This document shows positions 8,504 to 10,753 of a stretch of DNA of 10,753 nucleotides, in pieces. The position numbers were made by a program, and so were the translations under genes. The stretch lies in NCBI RefSeq assembly GCF_000150275.1, contig NW_002061048.1, forward strand, positions 4,701-15,453, read 5' to 3'. Positions within the stretch are counted from its first letter, which is position 1, and each line of letters opens with the position of its first letter. The notes beneath the pieces are model-generated. The model searched no databases. It saw nothing but the letters and a program-made list of their open reading frames with translations, and had not been told where the DNA came from. The stretch is from Trichoplax adhaerens. Taxonomy: Eukaryota > Animalia > Placozoa.

Positions 8504-10753
8504 GTTAGAATGATACAGCTTAACAATACTCTAGTATATTTTTATGTATAAGTAATCGTCGGGGTAAGCGATGACGATATTAATTCGATGAGTAGTGGTG
8601 TAGCATATAATTGCCTATTTAATCATTCAATGATAATTTATAGATTCATGTATTAAATATTAGCCAATAGTTTGTAGATAATCTTATTGAAATTAGTCTT
8701 GAGAAGATCATACAATTCTTAATAAAGATACCTACTGTTATAATCTGCGTAAATCCAATGATAGAATGTACAGGATATTAGAGTTAATAGTATTACCCTA
8801 CTTTCAATAATAATTTATAGCATAGCTGCCTTGGACTAGATAGCTTAATTATTTTTTTAGTTGTACGAATAAATTGCAAAAATATTTGATCATTTTCGCA
8901 TTATTAAGATAATTAAGCTATTTATAAAGAAAGGCTTTCAATAAGACACCTGCTTTTAATTACAAATGGAATTTTTGCACAATCATCATCTATTATATGG
9001 TTTAATATTGAAAAAGAATAACTTGACAAATTCATTTTTCAATTTTTGAGTAGTCATTCTTCTATTCCGGATTAGTTATTGTTACTTGTAGGTGGTGGTT
9101 TAATAATGAATCAAGTTACCGACTAGAAGATGATGCGGTAGTTCAATTTTCGAGAATAAAATTTTTAAAATATTATTTTCATTGTTTTAATACGTTCTTT
9201 TCAACTGTTTCCTCACTTTAATTATAAAATTTGAACGATTCGTAGCGAGTAACAATATTGTCATGACGTAATCATCCTGTAATATTTCAATTGATATTTT
9301 TGAAAGCGTTCACTATTTCGCTATTTTGAAGTATTATGATGACAGATTGGAGGAGTTAGCATGACATTAAAACTTAAATTCTCCTTCTTCTTCATAGACC
9401 TTTAATTGCGTTATACTTTTTTGGTAGAAAATTCTATGCCAATATTGTTTTGCTACTCCAAACTGCTTTAATTAAAAAATGTCATACTGCTGCAGAAAGT
9501 GCTTACGAAGTATATCAGTGAGTTTAAATTATATTAATCTAGTGTAATTTGAAAGAAACAGTCGTTAAGTAATTTCAGAATATTTAATCACTTACCTACT
9601 GCATATTTTAGAACTAAATCTCTACACTTTTAAGATTATTCTCATAGCAAGTAAGAACATTAAAACTTGTCTATTAAGAAGATCGCTCTGTTTAACATAC
9701 GGCAATTGAAATAAAGGATTAGTAATTCTCCGATAGTAATATAGTTAATATAACATGGGCAGTTCGCACCATATGCGGAGGTTAGAGCGAGACTGTATCA
9801 TGTATGATTAGAGGTTGTATTAGTTTAAAATTAGAAAAGCAAAGAACTGTGATCATGGTGCTTAGGGAAATTAGATGTCTACTAAATGTCTTAAATTTAT
9901 AACGAATAGCTTGAATGCAAAGTGTGAGGTAATGGCTAGGAGTTTTTTACAAATATGTTTACGAAAGAGTTATGGATAATGAAAGCCATAATAGAAGATG
10001 ATCGGGGATCGATAGTAAGAAAAGAAGAACTGTGGAAGTTATGGCGGATGGTAACTAATATATACTGCTGTAAATCATTGTATAATAAAGCACTTTTTAT
10101 CTACTTGTTTTGTGGGCGTATTCTTATTGCGTAGTAGTATAAACTATAAAAATAGCTGAAGGAGTTACATATTATTACAGCATATCTATAGTGACTTTAG
10201 AATTCAAGAAAATAGTGTCTGATACAATGGTATCTTGGTGCGTAAGACTATCGTTACGTATAAGTACGTTGCAATACAGTTGATAGCATGTTGTTAAGTT
10301 ATAGATTGTAAAACTTATTCATTTTCCAGTAAGGGCAAGTAAATCAGTTAGATATCTAATTTATAAGAGAGCTCAAAGGTCAAATCGTGTTCAGATCATA
10401 ACTGCCTCGTGCTATACCTGCACTCTAATATATTTCAAAATAAAACATGAAGTAATACAAGTCAAGGACTAAGACCGTAAGACAGCAATGTTGTTTGTTA
10501 GTATTAATTTCTAAGTAAATACTAAGTACTGTAGCTGCTCTTGGATATAGACAGAAGGTATAAAAGCGAGTTACCTTTTGCTGTAACGAGAGTTTGTTAT
10601 TTTATCATTTACGCGTAAGGAGAAGGCCTATATCGTTTCTGCTGTGAATTTAAGGAAAAGTTTACGATTGTATCGGGAAGTTAACCTTGATAAGTAATTT
10701 AATCAGATTGCAATAATATCCGACCTGAAAGCTGATGATAACTTAAATTTTGT

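Overview
AT-rich (roughly 30% GC by eye) eukaryotic, animal-like genomic DNA. The composition and the intronless, divergent class A GPCR are reminiscent of an early-branching animal such as a placozoan (inference only). One intact gene is present: a single-exon rhodopsin-family GPCR (7433-8503, minus). The clearest unannotated structure is a complete 799-bp non-autonomous DNA transposon (4605-5403). It has TGT...ACA ends, 23-bp perfect TIRs, a 4-bp GTCA target-site duplication and an array of palindromic CATTCYTARGAATG boxes at one end. It retains only the last exon of an integrase-type (Ginger2/TDD, KRBA2/SCAND3-like) transposase. Manual translation across stops and frameshifts also shows decayed gene relics missing from the ORF track: a BTB-BACK(-Kelch?) gene (~1011-3110, plus), a Ulp1/SENP protease domain (~5754-6311, plus) and, weakly, a second GPCR (~9326-9740, minus). 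All family calls come from motif recognition by eye; no searches were run.
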